A program made the translations under genes and the position numbers. This document shows, piece by piece, positions 59,799 through 64,000 of a stretch of 64,000 nt of DNA. The notes below the pieces were generated by a model. It had not been told where the DNA came from and ran no database searches. It saw nothing but the letters and a program-made list of their open reading frames with translations. The first letter of the stretch is position 1. Every line of letters begins with the position of its first letter. Origin of the DNA: the human T2T-CHM13v2.0 reference genome, Homo sapiens; the NCBI RefSeq assembly GCF_009914755.1, contig NC_060939.1, one strand, 5' to 3'.

Positions 59799-60517
59799 CT
59801 GAAAAAAACAAAACACTAAATTACATGAGAACAGAAGGAAAGGTGATAAGAAAATATTTATACAAGCAATATTAATTCTTTACTTTCTTTATTGAATCAT
59901 ACTTCCAATGAAGTGACTATACGATGACCTGAATTACTTACTAAGCTGAAATTTAGATCGTGAGGTTTTTTGTTTTTTTTTCTGAGAGTCTCACTCTGTC
60001 GCCCAGTCGCCCAGGCTGGAATGCAGTGGTGTAATCTCGGCTCTCACTGCAATCTTTACCTCCTGGGCTCAAGTGATTCTCATGCCTTAGCCTCCTGAAT
60101 AGCTGGGATTACAGGCATGCGCCACCATACCCAGCCAATTTTTGTAGTTTTAGTAGACGGGGTTTTGTCATGTTGGCCAGGCTGGTCTCAAAGTCCCGAC
60201 CTCAGGTGATATGCCTGCCTTGGCCTCCAAAAGTGCTGGGATTACAGCAGTGAGCCACTGCACCCAGCTGTCTTCTTTTTAAATAGCGATGAATTTAAGG
60301 AAATCTCTTACCAAAAACTAAAATATGCTTTCAGGTAAAGTAGAGGGCTCTCTTTTTTCTATCAATGACTACTATAAACTAAGAGTTGATAACAGAAATT
60401 AATCTGAAGGAGTATTAAATTAATAAAATCACCTGTTTGATGCCAACATAATACAAATATCATTTTAGTACTCGCTCTCTCAACAACAGTTTAAAATGAG
60501 TGATATTAACAAAATGA

Positions 60518-60634
<117 letters not shown>

Positions 60635-60934
60635 TGAGGAGCTGGAACTACGGGCACGCACCACCATGCCCAGCTAATTTTTGTATTTTTAGTAGAGACA
60701 GGGTTTCACTATGTTGGCCAGGCTGCTCTTGAACCCCTGACCTCAAGTGATCCACTTACTTTGGCCTCCCAAAGTGCTGGGATTACAGGCGAGAGCCACC
60801 GCATCTGGCCAGAATGACTTAATTTTAATTAAAAAATACATGTCATAAGCTGGGTACAGTGGCTCACACCTGTAATCCCAACACTATAGGAGGCCGAGGC
60901 AGGTGGATCTCCTGAGGTCAAGACTTTGAGATCA

Positions 60935-61270
<336 letters not shown>

Positions 61271-61500
61271 CTAGTTTTTAAACTGCTGTCACAGGACAAG
61301 AGAAACTGAACAAAAACTGAATGAGGCTGGGTGCGGTAACTCACGCCTGTAATCCTAGCACTTTGGGAGGCCAAGGCAGGTGGATCACTTGAGGTCAGGA
61401 GTTCGAGACCAGCCTGGTCAACATAGTGAAATCCCGTCTGTACTAACAATACAAAAATTAGTCGGGCACAGTGGCGCACACCTGTAATCCCAGCTACTCA

Positions 61501-61728
<228 letters not shown>

Positions 61729-62255
61729 CTAGTTCTTATCAGGTACACTCCTTTTACCCTGGTCTCCCTTCTCTTTGTGCTGTATACTGTCCAGGGATGG
61801 CAAATTTCCATTCTATTAAGCCATTAATAAGACTGTTCAGGAGATGGACAAGCCATTATAGTTCCTGCTCCCACTTTCTTCAAGGAAAAAAAGAACTAGT
61901 TACTTTCTAGACCACAGGGAAGTACCTGTGTGTCTTCAGATATATGATCCTAACTGTTTATATAAGTAACATAAAATTCAAGCAATAAAACATCTTGATT
62001 TGCAAATTGACAAAAGATAAACTACACTTGGGAGTAAGTAGAGGCAATACATCAGTAATTTGAATAATCTTCTATTTCATGTAACTAAATATAGCCACCA
62101 AGAACTCCTTAATCCACTGCTTAGATACTGAGCTATATCATTCATCTACAGAGAGGAAAACTTAGGGACCATGGCAATTATTTCAAGTCATCCATGAAGA
62201 AGTGTTCTTATCTGAAAACATAACGTACTTTTTTTTTTTTTTTTTTTTTTTTTAA

Positions 62256-62420
<165 letters not shown>

Positions 62421-62737
62421 TAGATGGAGTTTCTCCATGTTGGTCAGGCTGGTCTCAAACTCCCAACCTCAGGTGATCTGTCCACTTTGGCCTCCCAAAG
62501 TGCTGGGATTACAGGTGTGAGTCACTGCTCCTGGCACATATTGTATTTTTAATCTGAATATTTTTATCTCAGAGTAACAGAGACCTAACACTCTGATAAT
62601 TAAAAAAAAATTAATATTAACCAAATTATTCACATACGTTTTCCAGGTAGAATGGCTTAAAGGAAAAGATAAATCTAGTAATAGTCAGTGAAAAGAATGT
62701 ATGTTAACAGTAGCAAACATAAAATATGACTTCTTAC

Positions 62738-62886
62738 CCAACCATTTGTAGAAGAAATAAAGTAAGACCATCATAACACAGCAGATGACCACAAATATTA
62801 CAACTGTAAGAGGACTAAAAGTTAAATATTCTTCCTTCTTTTTCCTCATTTCTCTATCTTCAGTTGTCACTGCTTTCAAGTTTTCC
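62738..62886 (-). CDS. SPPL2A: SPPL2A exon 6: (L)ENLKAVTTEDREMRKKKEEYLTFSPLTVVIFVVICCVMMVLLYFFYKWL(V)
   Basis: gtacag|GGAA...TTGG|gtaaga, 149 nt. Exons 1-5 lie beyond the right edge. Confidence 0.97.
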
Positions 62887-63294
62887 CTGTACAAACACAC
62901 AGGAACTTTAGCAAATCTTAGCCAAGTACAGTTATTTAAAAAATTTATCTCTAACACCAATTTAAATCTGTTTCTGAAGAAAACAATGTATTTTTATTTA
63001 TTAAAATATTTTTATTTTATTATTTTTCTAAGCTATCTTGTTATAGCAAGTAATGTACTTTTTAAAAACTGTACCCTACAAAGAAATATTTAATCTAGAA
63101 AGTAAAAACCTCTTAAATGCTACTCTCCAGAGATGATCTGTTTTCAACCACTAACTTTTGAAACATTTTTTTCTGCAGGCAAAATTGTTGAAAGAGATGA
63201 CGTTGGCCGAGCATGATGGCTCATGCCTGTAATCCCAGCACTTTGGGAGGCTGAGGCGGGCGGATCATGAGGTCAGGAGTTCGAGACCAGCCTA

Positions 63295-63524
<230 letters not shown>

Positions 63525-63665
63525 CTATTATATAAACAAATTAATACTTGTGGATGTTTATATTACCTAATTTGAAAATTATATTGACATAATAAATTTC
63601 AAACTAAAACCAATGCTTCTTACAAACTTACTATTATCAACTTACAGATAGTAAAGTACTTCTAA

Positions 63666-63986
<321 letters not shown>

Positions 63987-64000
63987 TAAATTCTCCTCTC

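Overview
Human genomic DNA, recognised from recalled sequences as chr15q21.2. It carries two minus-strand genes in tandem. The first is the 3' part of SPPL2A (GxGD intramembrane aspartyl protease): coding exons 6-15 at 62886-30856 and a ~5.5 kb 3' UTR ending near 25320. The second starts ~15 kb downstream: the CpG-island promoter and exon 1 of TRPM7 (~9870-9587), followed by intron 1 running off the left edge. All ten SPPL2A exons have GT/AG boundaries and join into one open frame containing the YD, GFGD and QPALLY motifs and the YQMM sorting motif. The rest is repeat-rich: roughly 90 Alus or Alu fragments by eye, plus L1, L2, MIR, MLT1 and MER3 remnants, a full-length 7SL pseudogene and a tRNA-Met 5'-half. 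Nearly all ORFs in the supplied track are Alu or L1 translations. Best leads: (1) a 54-nt in-frame extra SPPL2A exon that looks like a duplicate of exon 11 and lies in the loop between the catalytic aspartates; (2) phase-compatible SPPL2A exon 14 to TRPM7 exon 2 read-through; (3) two uORFs using the other two frames of the TRPM7 leader; (4) an intact AluYa8 that creates inverted-Alu dsRNA in the SPPL2A long 3' UTR. Exon numbers, residue numbers and repeat subfamily calls are from memory and manual counting, not from searches.
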